64,000 nt of DNA from a bacterium. Lineage in GTDB: Bacteria > JADJOY01. Below are positions 9,928 through 20,622 of this stretch, piece by piece. The DNA is taken from contig JAXLQJ010000009.1 in assembly GCA_046331705.1 (NCBI GenBank), forward strand, positions 124,001 through 188,000, written 5' to 3'. Under the pieces are notes generated by a model. It was not told the origin of the DNA. It saw only the letters and a program-made list of their open reading frames with translations, and ran no database searches. Position 1 is the first letter of the stretch; each line of letters starts with the position of its first letter. The translations under genes were made by a program, and so were the position numbers.

Positions 9928-10247
9928 CGGCGCTCCTCGCGTGCGCTCGCGAGCAGCGCCCGCGCTTCCTCGCCGACCTCGGCGAGCGCCGGCACCGGGG
10001 CGCCGAAACCGTGGTCGTAGCCAGGCTGGATCGCCACCAGCCGACCCCGCAGCACGCGCCCGGCGCGAGTCCGAATGGCGACGCCGTCACCCCGGACCGC
10101 TGCGTCATCCACGAGGAACCCGCGCACCCGCAGCTCGAGCGGCAACGCGCGCGTGTCGGCGGGCACGTTCGGCGCGCGCTCGCCGGGCGAGAGGATCACC
10201 GCGTGAATCTCCACCCACGCGCCGCGCGCCGCCCGCTCAGGATCCAC
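9924..10247 (-). CDS. ortA: 2-amino-4-ketopentanoate thiolase alpha subunit
   Basis: WVEI..VIL.PGERAP.VP.DT..PLE, P.Y.HGFG; GTG 10247 preceded by GGAGG. Confidence 0.9.
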   Translation of the reverse strand: MDPERAARGAWVEIHAVILSPGERAPNVPADTRALPLELRVRGFLVDDAAVRGDGVAIRTRAGRVLRGRLVAIQPGYDHGFGAPVPALAEVGEEARALLASAREERR

Positions 10248-11328
10248 GCGAACCTCCCACGCCCAGCGCGCCGCGCCGCAGCCGTTCCACCGCTCGGCGC
10301 GCATCGCCCAGGAGCGCCGCGGGAACCGGCAGATCGATGGCGCTCACCAGCCCGGGCTGCGCTGCCAGGACGTGCGGGATCAGGTTGACCGCCAACGCCG
10401 TGGTCGCGATCCCACCCGGGATCTCCGGGGAGCCCGAGAGCGCGACGCGGGGCGTGCCCTCGATCACGATCTCGTCCCGGGTCGAGACCCCTTCGGCTTG
10501 CGGCACGATCTGCTGGGGATGGATCAGCTCGATCCGACCCTCGCCATCGCGCCGCACGGCGGTCGCCGAGTGCAGGCAGCCGGCCACGTCGCCGGGGCGA
10601 ATCGCCACGAACGGCGTGTGGCGAGCGACCGACGAGACGATCGGCTCACGCGTCTCGCGTACCTCGCTCATCTGCCACCCCAGCGCCGCGGCGATCATCG
10701 CGATCGACTCGGGAAACCCGACGTGCCCCACCACCTCGCCGCGCTCGACTCCCGCGCGGAACTCGGCGGGCGAGAGCCCGACTCCCTGGGATCGCAACAC
10801 CGTCGGCCCGTAGGGAGAGAGATCGTTCACCCGGGTGGCGCGGATCGACTGGATCGCGTGGCACACGCCGCTCAGCGCCACCACCAGCAGGTCGAGCACG
10901 AATCCTGGGTTGACGCCGGTGCCGAGCACGGCGACCCCGTGCTCCCGCGCCAGCGCGTCGAGCGCACGAGCGCGCCCGGGCCAGCGCGCCCACGGAAACG
11001 CCAGCTCCTCCGCGATCGAGACGACTCGCACGCGACGACGAACGAGCACCTCGATCTCCTCCCAGGCATCGGTGAGCGTCGAGCAGGTCGCCTGCAGCGC
11101 GATCGCCGGCCGCGTGCGATCGACGAGCTCGGCGAGGTCGGTGCTGATCGCGACTCCCGCCTCGCGTTCCCAGCCGAACGTCGTCCCCAGGTCGAGCCCC
11201 GCACGCGCCGCACGCCGCGCGTGCGCGCCCACCAGCGCGAGGCCGCGCTTCGCCATCACCAGCCGCGCGATCTCCTCGCCCATGGCGCCCGTGCCGAGCA
11301 GCGCGACGCGGATGGACGCCTCCGTCAC
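10237..11328 (-). CDS. ord: 2,4-diaminopentanoate dehydrogenase
   Basis: GTGAMG Rossmann motif, SIAEE, GTGVNPG, RVNDLSPYG, GHVGFPES, HPQQ, PEIPGG; GTG 11328 preceded by GGAG. Confidence 0.92.
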   Translation of the reverse strand: MTEASIRVALLGTGAMGEEIARLVMAKRGLALVGAHARRAARAGLDLGTTFGWEREAGVAISTDLAELVDRTRPAIALQATCSTLTDAWEEIEVLVRRRVRVVSIAEELAFPWARWPGRARALDALAREHGVAVLGTGVNPGFVLDLLVVALSGVCHAIQSIRATRVNDLSPYGPTVLRSQGVGLSPAEFRAGVERGEVVGHVGFPESIAMIAAALGWQMSEVRETREPIVSSVARHTPFVAIRPGDVAGCLHSATAVRRDGEGRIELIHPQQIVPQAEGVSTRDEIVIEGTPRVALSGSPEIPGGIATTALAVNLIPHVLAAQPGLVSAIDLPVPAALLGDARRAVERLRRGALGVGGSRGS

Positions 11329-11346
11329 CGCCAGGTCTCCACGAGG

Positions 11347-11429
11347 AAAACGGGCCGCGGGCAAGCTCGCCCGCGACCCGTTCCACACGACCGCGCCGCC
11401 CAGCGCACGGCTGGCGACTCCCGTGCGCT
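11347..11429 (-). terminator. Two hairpins between the peroxidase gene and ord; the ord-proximal one is terminator-like
   Basis: Minus strand AACGGGTCGCGGGC-gagctt-GCCCGCGGCCCGTT-TT (11347-11382) and AGCGCACGG..CCGTGCGCT (11402-11429). Confidence 0.55.
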
Positions 11430-11436
11430 CATCGGC

Positions 11437-12517
11437 TCATTGGGGAAACGCCGTGGGCACCACGTCCTGGTAGCCCTCGCCGTTCAGCGCTTCCATGAAC
11501 GCCACCAGCGCGTCGACCTCGCTCTTGGTGAGGTCGAGCTTCTTGATCTTGGGGCTCAGGTGCGGATTCGGGTTGCCGCCCTTGTTGTAGTGCTCGACCA
11601 CGTCGCGCAACGTCGCGAGCGAGCCGTCGTGCATGTACGGAGCGTGCTTGGCCACGTCGCGCACGGTCGGCGTCTTGAACGCGCCGGTGTCCTCCACCTT
11701 CTTGCTGATGGCCGAGCGTCCTTCGTCCTTGAGCTTCTTCGCGGCGGCGTCCCAACCGATGCCGAGGTTGTGGAACGAGCTGTCGGTGAAGTTCTGGCCG
11801 AGGTGGCATTGCATGCAGAGCGCCTTGCCGAAGAACAGGTTGCTGCCGTCCTTGACCTGCTGCGAGACCGCCTTCTCGTCACCGTCTTTCCAGCGATCCC
11901 ACGGCGAGTTGCCGCTCATGCGGGTGCGCTCGTAGTCCGCGATCGCCTTGGCCACCCGCTCCTTGGTGATGCTCTCGTCGCCGAACGCTTGCTTGAAGTA
12001 GCCGGGGTAGCTCTTGATCGATCGGAGCGTCGCGAGCATCGCATCGTGGGTGTTGCCCATCTCGATCGGGTTCGCGATCGGGCCGAGAGCTTGCTCCTCC
12101 AGCGACGCCGCGCGCCCGTCCCAGAAGAAGTTCGGGTAGATGGTCCACGCCTGGTTGACGAACGACGGCGCCTTGCGCCCGCCCTTCTGGCCGCGGATTC
12201 CCGTGGAGACGCTAGTTGGAGAACGCGTTCTCGGGCTTGTGGCACGAGGCGCACGCCACCGTGCCATCCGCCGAGAGCCGCTTGTCGAAGTAGAGCCAGC
12301 GTCCCAGCCGCACCGTCTCCGGGGTGGGCGGATTCGGTAGCGCGGCGAGCTTCTCCGTGATGCCCAGCGGTTCCGCCGGTAACGGTTTGATCGGGTTGGC
12401 GGCCTCCCAGGCGGGCACCTCCGGCGCCTCGGCGCGCGCCACGCCGCTCCATCCGAGCGCCATCCACCCCAGGGTGGCGAGCGCTGCTCGCATGCCCCAA
12501 CCCCCGCGAATCCTCAT
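11437..12517 (-). pseudogene. Diheme cytochrome c peroxidase (bCcP/MauG superfamily), interrupted at ~12212
   Basis: 5' part: signal peptide, [17 protein letters not shown], then TAG. 3' part in another frame: VSTG, FWDGRA, CMQCH, FKTPTVR, PYMHDG. Confidence 0.85.
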
Positions 12518-12603
12518 GATTCAAGCTCCTTTCCGGTGATGCGGGGCGCGCGGACCGTTCCGCGGTCTCCCGGCGAGCCGGGCCCCGCTCGGCGGAAAGA
12601 TAA

Positions 12604-12619
12604 AGCAACTCACACGCCG
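12604..12619 (-). promoter_or_regulatory. Possible sigma54 -24/-12 promoter of the first peroxidase
   Basis: Minus strand cGGCGTGTGAGTTGCT (GG-N10-GC), ~85 nt above ATG 12517. Confidence 0.35.
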
Positions 12620-12739
12620 CCAACAGCAGCGCGTGAGCAGGCCTTTCGGACTCACGATCGCGGACCGACGTGCAGTCACGTCGCCACGCCGGGCCGTGGC
12701 GAAGGCTGCGGGCTCGTCACTGCCCGCGGGGGCGCGGCG

Positions 12740-14392
12740 TCAGCGGGCGGGCCCCGTCTCCTCGACGACCACCGGCACCGGGTAGCCGTCGGCGTCGAAG
12801 CCGCTCGCGGGCTGCCCGGGATCGGGAGTGGGGTGACTGGGCGAGAACCAGGGGGCGACCAGGCTGGCGTGGGAGATCGATTCGTCGCCCCACAGGTAGC
12901 GATCGAGGAACGCACGCACGTGATGCCGCAGCAGCCGATGGTGGTCGAGCATCGAAGGCTCGATCGGCAACCCCAGCACGTCGACGCTGAAACGATCGTC
13001 GCAGAGATTGGCATCCGGAAATCCACGTGGATCGGCGAGGCAAACGTGGACGTTGCGCGACGGGATCGTGTCGTCCTGGCCGTTGTGCACGTGGTAGAGG
13101 TAGCGGTCCTTCTCCGGCGACGACGGATCGGGATCGTCCGCGGTCATGTACGCGTAGACCTTCGCGGCGGTATCGTTCGAATCCGTGAGATCCATGTCGT
13201 CGGAAAGCACCGCGACCGGCATGGTCATCTGACCACCGATGGAGGTGGGCCCGTCCTTCAGGTTCATCGCATGCGGGCTCGCCGTGGCGCCGGGCGCGAC
13301 GATGAAGGCCGCGCGAATGCGCGAGCGGAACGGAACGGTCGGGAAGACCAGATCGCCGTGCGGGAACGGCAGCGGCCCCGGGGGCGTGGCCGCGACCGCC
13401 GCCGACGTGATGCCGCCGTCGGATCCGCCCGACACGGCGATCCGGTCGAAGCGCGCCGCCAGCAAGCTCGCCAGCGCAGCTTGGTAGCGGGCCGTTCCCG
13501 GCGTCACCAGATCCTCGAAGAAACCCACGATCGCGATGACGCTCTCGACGCGCGCGATCTCCTCGCCCTCGGCGGTGGTGCCGGGCGTGCCGGCGAACGC
13601 GTCGCGCATCTGGGGAGCGATGACCAGATTGCCACGCGCGTGGTCGCCGCCTTCGCCGATCACGGCATGGCTCGCGAGAGCGACGCTCGCGTACTCGAGG
13701 CCGAGCGCGCTGTAGGCGGTGCCGCCGTGAAGCGCGAGCACCACCGGTCGGCGCGCCGACGCTTGCGGATGGAAGTAGATCTCCGCGCGCAGCACGCCGT
13801 ATTCGTCGGGCTCGGCGGGATCGTCGTTCGGGACGTCGGTGCGGGCCGTCCAATGGCAAGCCTGCGCGCCCTCGACCTCGGTCCACGCACACGCGGCCAA
13901 GAACGGCACCGCTCCCACGCCCGGAACCGTCACCGTCGGCGACGAGCTGCAGCCGCACGCGTCCTGCGTCGCCGGCAGGATGGACGCCACTTCGCTGGTG
14001 CGCGCCAGGCCGTCCTCCTCCTCGAAGGCGGCGACCACGAAGCGATAGTCGCGGCTCCGGTAGTCGGCGGGCGGCGCGCCCGCGAAGAGCGTCCGCGGAT
14101 CGACGTCGAGAGCGAGCGTCGTCGAGGGCAGCGACGCGAGCCGATCCGGCGATCCGGTGCTCGCGTCCGGATCGCGATCCACGGCGGCGAAGACGTCGAA
14201 CCTGAACGCCGAGGCGTCGTAGCCCTTCTTCCACTCGAGCCTGAGACGAGGCGTCGCGGATTCGTCCTGGGACGACGTGAGCGCCAGGATGCCCTCGAAA
14301 TCCGGCGGGGCGCCGTCCGGACACGCCACCAACATCGCCATCCACGCACACCCGAGCCAGCGCACCCCGGAGGCACGCTCAACGAGCGACAT
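12740..14392 (-). CDS. Putative lipoprotein with alpha/beta-hydrolase-like domain
   Basis: AMLVAC lipobox-like, VVLALHGG, nucleophile elbow GGSDGG, late His (HNGQDD); ATG 14392 preceded by GAAGGAG. Confidence 0.55.
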   Translation of the reverse strand: MSLVERASGVRWLGCAWMAMLVACPDGAPPDFEGILALTSSQDESATPRLRLEWKKGYDASAFRFDVFAAVDRDPDASTGSPDRLASLPSTTLALDVDPRTLFAGAPPADYRSRDYRFVVAAFEEEDGLARTSEVASILPATQDACGCSSSPTVTVPGVGAVPFLAACAWTEVEGAQACHWTARTDVPNDDPAEPDEYGVLRAEIYFHPQASARRPVVLALHGGTAYSALGLEYASVALASHAVIGEGGDHARGNLVIAPQMRDAFAGTPGTTAEGEEIARVESVIAIVGFFEDLVTPGTARYQAALASLLAARFDRIAVSGGSDGGITSAAVAATPPGPLPFPHGDLVFPTVPFRSRIRAAFIVAPGATASPHAMNLKDGPTSIGGQMTMPVAVLSDDMDLTDSNDTAAKVYAYMTADDPDPSSPEKDRYLYHVHNGQDDTIPSRNVHVCLADPRGFPDANLCDDRFSVDVLGLPIEPSMLDHHRLLRHHVRAFLDRYLWGDESISHASLVAPWFSPSHPTPDPGQPASGFDADGYPVPVVVEETGPAR

Positions 14393-14464
14393 GACGTCGA
14401 CTCCTTCTCCGGGACGCGGGTCGACTGCCCCTCGGAGCAGCGCCGAGCCCGGGAGCGAAGGCGA

Positions 14465-14480
14465 AGCAAGGCGCGAGCCC
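14465..14480 (-). promoter_or_regulatory. Possible sigma54 promoter of the hydrolase lipoprotein
   Basis: Minus strand gGGCTCGCGCCTTGCT, ~73 nt above ATG 14392. Confidence 0.35.
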
Positions 14481-14753
14481 GCGGCTTCGACGCGCTCCAT
14501 CCGTCACCCGCGTGACGCGCGCTGGGCACGGTTCGTCAATCCTCGGGCGGGCACCGAGCCCCTAACGAAAACGTGCGGATTTCAGGCGATTTTCGATCGC
14601 CATATCCGTGACGCGCGTGCGTTTCTCGGGACAGCGGCGAGCCGTGAGCGCGCGTACGGCGTCAGGCATCCGTCGCGGCGCACCGCCACCGCCACCGGCC
14701 GTTGGCACGCGCGTCTCGCCCGCGCCAACGCCAGTGGGCGTCCGAGGCTCGGT

Positions 14754-16856
14754 TCAGCGACGATCGAGCGTCTCGCGAATCTTCCGCGCCAGCGAGGTCG
14801 TGGTGTAGGGCTTCTGCAGGAAGGACACTTCCGACTGGACCACGCCGCGGCGCAAGACCGCGTCGTCGGTGTAGCCGCTGGTGAAGAGCACTCGCAGCGA
14901 AGGGTGGCCGCGGCGCGCGGCGTCGGCCAGCTCGCGCCCGTCGAGCCCTGGCATGACGACGTCGGTGACGAGCATCGCGAATTGCAGGTCGTCACGAGCG
15001 AGCAGCGCCAGCGCCTCGTCGCCGTTCCGCGCGGCCTGCACCTGGTAACCGAAGCTGCTCAGACCGCGCGCAGCGAGCAGCCGCACCGCGTCCTCGTCCT
15101 CGACCAGCAAGATCTGCTCGTGGCCGCGCAGCGCGTCGGCGACGGTGCGCGGCGCCGGCACGGCGGCCTCGGCGAGCGCTGGAAAGAACAGATGAATGCA
15201 GGTGCCGACGCCAGGCTCGGATTCGAGCTCGACGTGGCCCCCGTTCTGCCGAACGATGCCGTGCACCACCGCCAGCCCGAGGCCCGTGCCCTGCCCCCGC
15301 GGCTTGGTGGTGAAGAACGGCTCGAAGGCACGCGCGCGCACCTCCTCGCTCATGCCGGTGCCGGAATCGCCGACGTCGATCGCCACGAACCGTCCTGGCT
15401 CGACGCCCGGATGGCTCGCGGCGTAGCGCTCGTCGCGGATCACGGTCCGGGTCTCGATCGTGAGCCGGCCGCCCTTCGGCATCGCGTCGCGCGCATTCAC
15501 CGCGAGGTTCACGAGGAGCTGCGCCAGGTGCCCCGGATCCATCCGGATGTCGCCGACCTGCGGGTCCAGCCGGGTCACCAGCTCGACGTCCTCGCCGAGC
15601 AAGCGCCTGAGCAGCTTCTCGGTCTCCGCCACGGCGGCGTTCGGATCGATCGCCACCGGCTCCAGGATCTCGCGACGGCTGAACGCGAGCAGCTGGCGCG
15701 TGAGCGAGCTGGCCCGCTCGCCGGCCAGCTGGATGTCGCGCGCCAACCCGCGCGAGCGCTCGTCGGCGGGAAGCGATCGCAACAGGAGCTCGCAGTTGCC
15801 GCCGATCACCGTGAGCAGGTTGTTGAAGTCGTGCGCGATCCCGCCCGCCAGGAGCCCGATCGACTCGAGCCGCTGAGTCTGGTGGAGCTGCTCGAGGAGC
15901 ACACGGCGCTCGGTGATGTCCTCGGCGACACCGCTCCATCGCGTGAGCCCGCCGCTCGCGTCCGCGACGGGAAACGCCTGATCGCGAATCCAGCGAATCT
16001 CGCCGTCCGGCCGCACGATGCGGTACTCGACGTCGTAGCCAGCGCCGCCGCCCGTCCCGACGCCGAGCGCGACGACCCGCTCCCGGTCTTCCGGATGGAT
16101 CGCGTCGAGCCATTCGCCAGGCTCGGCGAGCAGCCGACTCGCGCTGCGGCCCCACACCGACTCGTAAGCCGGGCTCACGTACACCACGCGATCGCGGGCC
16201 GCGTCTCGCAACCAGAACACCTCGCGGATGCTCTCGACGACCTGCCGCAGACGCTCCTCGGCCTCGCGCAGCTCGCGCTCGATGCGCTCCCGCTCGGTGA
16301 CGTCGAGCGCCAGCCGCATGGCGCCCACGGTCCGCCCGTCGTCGCCGCGCAGCGGCACGAAGCGCGCCCAGATCGATCGCTCGCCCAGCTTCTCCTCGAC
16401 GCTGCGTGCCTCGCCTGCGAGCGCCGCGCGAAAGTGGTCCTCGGCGCTCGGCTCGCCACCCTCCACCAACCGATCGCGCCGAGCCAGCTCGGCGGCGAGC
16501 GGTCCCTCGGCGATCAGCGGTGCGAGGCTCGGGCTCACCACGGACACCGCGCCGCCGGGAAGATTGCGGGCGATGGCGCGATAGAGCGCCTCGCTACGCG
16601 CCAGCGCGACCTCGGCGCTGCGGCGGGCGTCGGCCTCGGCGCTGAAGCGCTCGAGGTCGGCGCGCAGCAGGACGTAGAGCAGCGCCGCCGTGCACGCGAC
16701 GAAGAGCCAACCCTTGTAGGTCTGCAGCGAGCTTCGCGCGACGGGATCGGAGAGCAGCGCCTCCACGACCCGGTCGGAGAGCAGGATCCAGAGCCCGCCC
16801 GCCGCCGCGTAGAGCAGGCTCACGCGAGCCGGGATGCGGGCGAGCGAATGACGCAT
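14754..16856 (-). CDS. Membrane PAS hybrid sensor histidine kinase/receiver (CckA-like)
   Basis: Two TM helices, PAS/PAC, H-box [25 protein letters not shown], receiver LLVEDE/TDVVMP/FLQKP. Confidence 0.92.
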   Translation of the reverse strand: MRHSLARIPARVSLLYAAAGGLWILLSDRVVEALLSDPVARSSLQTYKGWLFVACTAALLYVLLRADLERFSAEADARRSAEVALARSEALYRAIARNLPGGAVSVVSPSLAPLIAEGPLAAELARRDRLVEGGEPSAEDHFRAALAGEARSVEEKLGERSIWARFVPLRGDDGRTVGAMRLALDVTERERIERELREAEERLRQVVESIREVFWLRDAARDRVVYVSPAYESVWGRSASRLLAEPGEWLDAIHPEDRERVVALGVGTGGGAGYDVEYRIVRPDGEIRWIRDQAFPVADASGGLTRWSGVAEDITERRVLLEQLHQTQRLESIGLLAGGIAHDFNNLLTVIGGNCELLLRSLPADERSRGLARDIQLAGERASSLTRQLLAFSRREILEPVAIDPNAAVAETEKLLRRLLGEDVELVTRLDPQVGDIRMDPGHLAQLLVNLAVNARDAMPKGGRLTIETRTVIRDERYAASHPGVEPGRFVAIDVGDSGTGMSEEVRARAFEPFFTTKPRGQGTGLGLAVVHGIVRQNGGHVELESEPGVGTCIHLFFPALAEAAVPAPRTVADALRGHEQILLVEDEDAVRLLAARGLSSFGYQVQAARNGDEALALLARDDLQFAMLVTDVVMPGLDGRELADAARRGHPSLRVLFTSGYTDDAVLRRGVVQSEVSFLQKPYTTTSLARKIRETLDRR

Positions 16857-16934
16857 GGCACGACGGCGCCACGGTGCAAGGGACCGCAGCGGCGAATGTT
16901 CGACTCTAGCCGCCGATCGGCTGCGCGGAAACCC

Positions 16935-19900
16935 TTAGCGTTGGTCGAGCACCTCGCGGATCTTCTTGGCGAGCGAGAGCGGGGTGAACGGCTTCTGCAG
17001 GAACCAGACGTCGCTCTGCCGGATCCCGTGGCGAACCACCGCGTCGTCCGTGTAGCCGCTCGTGAAGAGCACCCGGATCCCTGGCCGCGACGAGCGAAGC
17101 AGGTCCGCGAGCTCACGACCGCCCCGCCCGGGCATGACCACGTCGGTGACCAAGAGATCGATGGGCCGCGCGTGCGCCGCGGCACGCTCGAGCGCCTGCC
17201 CCGCGTCGGCTGCGGTGATCACCGCGTAGCCGAAGGAACGCAGCACCCGCTCGCCCAGCCGTCGCACGCTCTCCTCGTCTTCCACCAAGAGTACCGTCTC
17301 GCTGCCGCGCACGCCTTCCACCAGCTCGGCCTCGTGGCGCGCCGCGAGCGGCGCCTCGACCGCGGGGAAGTACATCCGGAACGTGGTACCGAGGTTCGGC
17401 TGACTCTCGACCTCCAGGTGCCCGCCACTTTGCTCGACGATGCCGTGCACCACCGCGAGCCCCATCCCGGTGCCGCGACCCGGCCCCTTGGTGGTGAAGA
17501 ACGGCTCGAAGATCCGCGCCAGCACCTCGGGCGGCATCCCGCATCCCGTGTCGGAGACGCTCAGCATCACGTAGTGTCCTGGCACGGTCCGCGGATGACG
17601 AGCGGCATGCTCCTCGTCGAGCTCCACCGCCGCCGTGGCGATCGTGAGCCTGCCGCCCTTGGGCATCGCGTCTCGCGCGTTCACGGCCAGGTTCAGGATC
17701 ACCTGCACGAGATGCCCGGGATCGAGGTGCACCCGCTCCACGTTCGTGCTCAGGTTCTCCTCGAGGAAGATGTCCTCGCCGAGCAAGCGCCGCAGCATCT
17801 TCTCGGTGTCGGTGACGATCGCGTTGAGATCGAGCACCTTGGGCTCGAGCACCTGACGGCGGCTGAACGCCAGCAGCTGGCGCGTGAGCGAGGCCGCGCG
17901 CTCCCCGGCGCGCTCGATCTCGAGCGCCAGCTCGCGCGCCGTGCCTTCCGGCGGCAGGTCTCCGAGGAGCATCTCGGTGTTGCCGGCGATGACCGTGAGC
18001 AGGTTGTTGAAGTCGTGCGCGATGCCACCCGCCAAGAGCCCCACCGACTCGAGCTTCTGCGCCTGGCGGAGCTGCTCCTCGAGCTGGCGACGCGCGGTGA
18101 CGTCCTCGGCGACGCCGGCGATCCGGATCACCCGCCCCTCGGGATCGCGCACCGGGAAGGCCTGGTCCCGGATCCAGCGGATGCTGCCGTCGGGCAGCAC
18201 CACGCGGTATTCCTCGTCGTAGGTGCCGACGTATTGCTTGGCCAGCGCCTCCACGACGCGGCCGCGATCCTCGCTGTGGATCGCGTCGATCCAGCTCTGC
18301 GGTGACGAGTAGAGGTCCTCGACGCTCCGTCCCCACATCGTCTCGTAAGCCGGGCTCACGTAGATCACCGCCTGACTCTCGACGTCGGTGAGCCAGAACA
18401 CCTCGCGGATGCTCTCGGCGAGCTGCCGAAAGCGCTCGTCGCTCGCCAGCAACGCGGCTTGCGCGCGACGCCGTCCGCTGATGTCGCGCACGACGGCGGT
18501 GAGCAGCTTGCGCCCGCCGATCGCGACCTGCGAGATCGAGGTCTCGATGGGGAAGGTCTCGCCGTCGGCGCGCCGGCCGTTCACCTCGCCCACCGCCCCC
18601 ATCCGTCGCCGGGTCGTCCCGCTCGCCGCGAAGGCACGCACCAGCTGCGGGTGCGCCGCGCGAGCGACTTCCGGCACCAGCACGTCGAGGGACTGCCCGA
18701 TCAGCTCGCGCTCGCGATAGCCGAACATCGCCTCGGCCGCGGGATTCACGAGCACGATGCGTTGCTCCTCGTCGATGCTGACGATCCCGTCCATCGCCGA
18801 CTCGATGATCCCCGCCAGCCGCGCCGCGCTCTCGCGCGCGGAGTCGTCGGCACGTCGGTACGCGGTGACGTCCCGGACGTACGCGAGGATCGAGCCGTCG
18901 CCGAGCGGCGCGGCGCGCACGGCCACCCACAGCGCGCGCGCGTCGAAGGTCTCGAGCGGCAGCTGCGTGTCGACGGTCTCGCCCCGCGCGAGCCGCTCGA
19001 GATCGGCCTGCCCCCCGGCGCGGTGGGTCTCGGTTACCAGGTCGAGAACGCAAACTCCCCGCATCGTGTCCGGGGAGCCGCCAAGCATCCGGATCGCCGT
19101 CGCGTTGAAATCGAGCAACCTGCCGTCGCGATCGAGCAGACAGACCGCATCGGGAGCGTTCTCGACGTAGGAACGAAAGCGCAGCTCACTGGCCGCCAAC
19201 GCACGGGTCGCCAGCACGCGATCGGAAACGTCGTACACGATGCCGTGCCACAGCACCCCGCCGCCCGGATCCCGGTGAGGCATCGAGCTCGCCGTCACCC
19301 AGATCTGGCCCTTGACCGGGTGGATCACCCGGAAGTCCTCGTGGAAAGGCTCGAGGGTTCGCGCGGACTCGCCGATCGCCGCGGCGACCCGCGGCACGTC
19401 CTCGGGCGCGATCACCGCGAAGATCCGCGACGCGTCGCCTACCAATTCCTCCGGGCCCACCCCGAAGATCGCGCGAATGCTGGGAGTGGCGTACGGGCAG
19501 CTCTGCGTGCCGTCGGCGTCGAGGCGAAAGGAAAAGAGCGCGCCGGGCGCGCTCGCCGCCACGTCCGCGAGCTTGGTCTCGAGCGCACGCGCTTCCGCTT
19601 CGGCACGGGTGGCCGCGCGGTCACCGGTATCGTCGCGCAGCACGACCACGAGCCCGTCGGGCTGACCGTGCGCGTCGCGAAAGGGCGAGACGCGTACGGT
19701 GACCGGTACCTCGCGGCCGTCCAAGGTGCGCAAGATCCGCTCGGATTCGTGGTCCGGCGCGCCCATGGCATCGCGATCGTCCGACGACGGCGCCGAGACC
19801 AGCGCCGGCGACAGCCGCACCACCGCGTCGAGGGATCGTCCCAGAGCGTCGCGCTCCGCGCAGCCGAGCAGCCGCTCGCCACTCGCGTTGATCGATCGGA

Positions 19901-20372
19901 TGCAGCGGTTCGCGTCCGCGACGACCACCCCCTCGACGAGGCTGGCGAGGGTGGCCTCGTCGAGGGCCTGGGCGGCGTCGGCGCGCCGGGCCACGCGCTT
20001 GAGCCGTTCGCACACGTAGACCACCGCGAGGCCAGCCGTGCCGAGGGCGACCCATCGAGCGCGCGCGATCGCCGCCGGGAGATCGCCTCCCGAGTCGAGC
20101 GGCTCGACGGCGACCCACGCCGCGAGCAGCACCGTGGCCGTCGCGAGCAGACCCGGACCCGCCCCCCCGAGGTACGCGCTCACCAGCACCGGGAGAATCA
20201 GGAGCGGAAATCCGGACGCGTGCCCGTGCGCGCCCTGAAGCCTCGCCAGCACCACGACGAAGATCACGGCGCAGACGCTCGTGACGATCGCGAGCGCGTA
20301 GCCCCGTGGCCACGAGAGACGGCCCACTTCCGCTGCGCGCGCTCGCGCCAGCAGCATTCGGATCATCTTCAT
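16935..20372 (-). CDS. Membrane multi-PAS hybrid sensor histidine kinase/receiver
   Basis: N-terminal TM domain, about five PAS/PAC units, [21 protein letters not shown]-terminal receiver. Confidence 0.92.
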   Translation of the reverse strand: MKMIRMLLARARAAEVGRLSWPRGYALAIVTSVCAVIFVVVLARLQGAHGHASGFPLLILPVLVSAYLGGAGPGLLATATVLLAAWVAVEPLDSGGDLPAAIARARWVALGTAGLAVVYVCERLKRVARRADAAQALDEATLASLVEGVVVADANRCIRSINASGERLLGCAERDALGRSLDAVVRLSPALVSAPSSDDRDAMGAPDHESERILRTLDGREVPVTVRVSPFRDAHGQPDGLVVVLRDDTGDRAATRAEAEARALETKLADVAASAPGALFSFRLDADGTQSCPYATPSIRAIFGVGPEELVGDASRIFAVIAPEDVPRVAAAIGESARTLEPFHEDFRVIHPVKGQIWVTASSMPHRDPGGGVLWHGIVYDVSDRVLATRALAASELRFRSYVENAPDAVCLLDRDGRLLDFNATAIRMLGGSPDTMRGVCVLDLVTETHRAGGQADLERLARGETVDTQLPLETFDARALWVAVRAAPLGDGSILAYVRDVTAYRRADDSARESAARLAGIIESAMDGIVSIDEEQRIVLVNPAAEAMFGYRERELIGQSLDVLVPEVARAAHPQLVRAFAASGTTRRRMGAVGEVNGRRADGETFPIETSISQVAIGGRKLLTAVVRDISGRRRAQAALLASDERFRQLAESIREVFWLTDVESQAVIYVSPAYETMWGRSVEDLYSSPQSWIDAIHSEDRGRVVEALAKQYVGTYDEEYRVVLPDGSIRWIRDQAFPVRDPEGRVIRIAGVAEDVTARRQLEEQLRQAQKLESVGLLAGGIAHDFNNLLTVIAGNTEMLLGDLPPEGTARELALEIERAGERAASLTRQLLAFSRRQVLEPKVLDLNAIVTDTEKMLRRLLGEDIFLEENLSTNVERVHLDPGHLVQVILNLAVNARDAMPKGGRLTIATAAVELDEEHAARHPRTVPGHYVMLSVSDTGCGMPPEVLARIFEPFFTTKGPGRGTGMGLAVVHGIVEQSGGHLEVESQPNLGTTFRMYFPAVEAPLAARHEAELVEGVRGSETVLLVEDEESVRRLGERVLRSFGYAVITAADAGQALERAAAHARPIDLLVTDVVMPGRGGRELADLLRSSRPGIRVLFTSGYTDDAVVRHGIRQSDVWFLQKPFTPLSLAKKIREVLDQR

Positions 20373-20600
20373 CGACTCTCCACGCTCACTGGCTGCATAC
20401 GGAAATGTCGGTATCCGTGCCGCCGTCGTGCAGGACGCCGGTCCGACGCGCGCATGTCGCTCGCCGACCCGAGCGCGGATGCACGAGGCGGTGCAGCGCC
20501 GCTCCGTCGTGCGCCGGCGGCCCGAGCGGCTCGGGCGACGTTTGCACGGAGGCTCGCGTGCGGATTGCGGTCATCGGTCGGAGAATCGAGCGGACGATCG

Positions 20601-20622
20601 TTCCGTGACGTTTCCGTGACGT
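20601..20622. promoter_or_regulatory. 11-bp tandem direct repeat, OmpR/PhoB-type box candidate
   Basis: TTCCGTGACGT x2, exact, in the divergent intergenic region. Confidence 0.4.

Noticed and set aside
11329-11436. Cobalamin riboswitch ahead of the B12-dependent operon
   Set aside because: Region is short and lacks a recognisable B12 box; only two simple hairpins
14277-18305. 1342-aa plus-strand ORF and other long antisense ORFs (e.g. 51362-54760, 41562-44534, 6020-8644)
   Set aside because: Shadow frames of well-supported opposite-strand genes in stop-poor, high-GC DNA; no motifs
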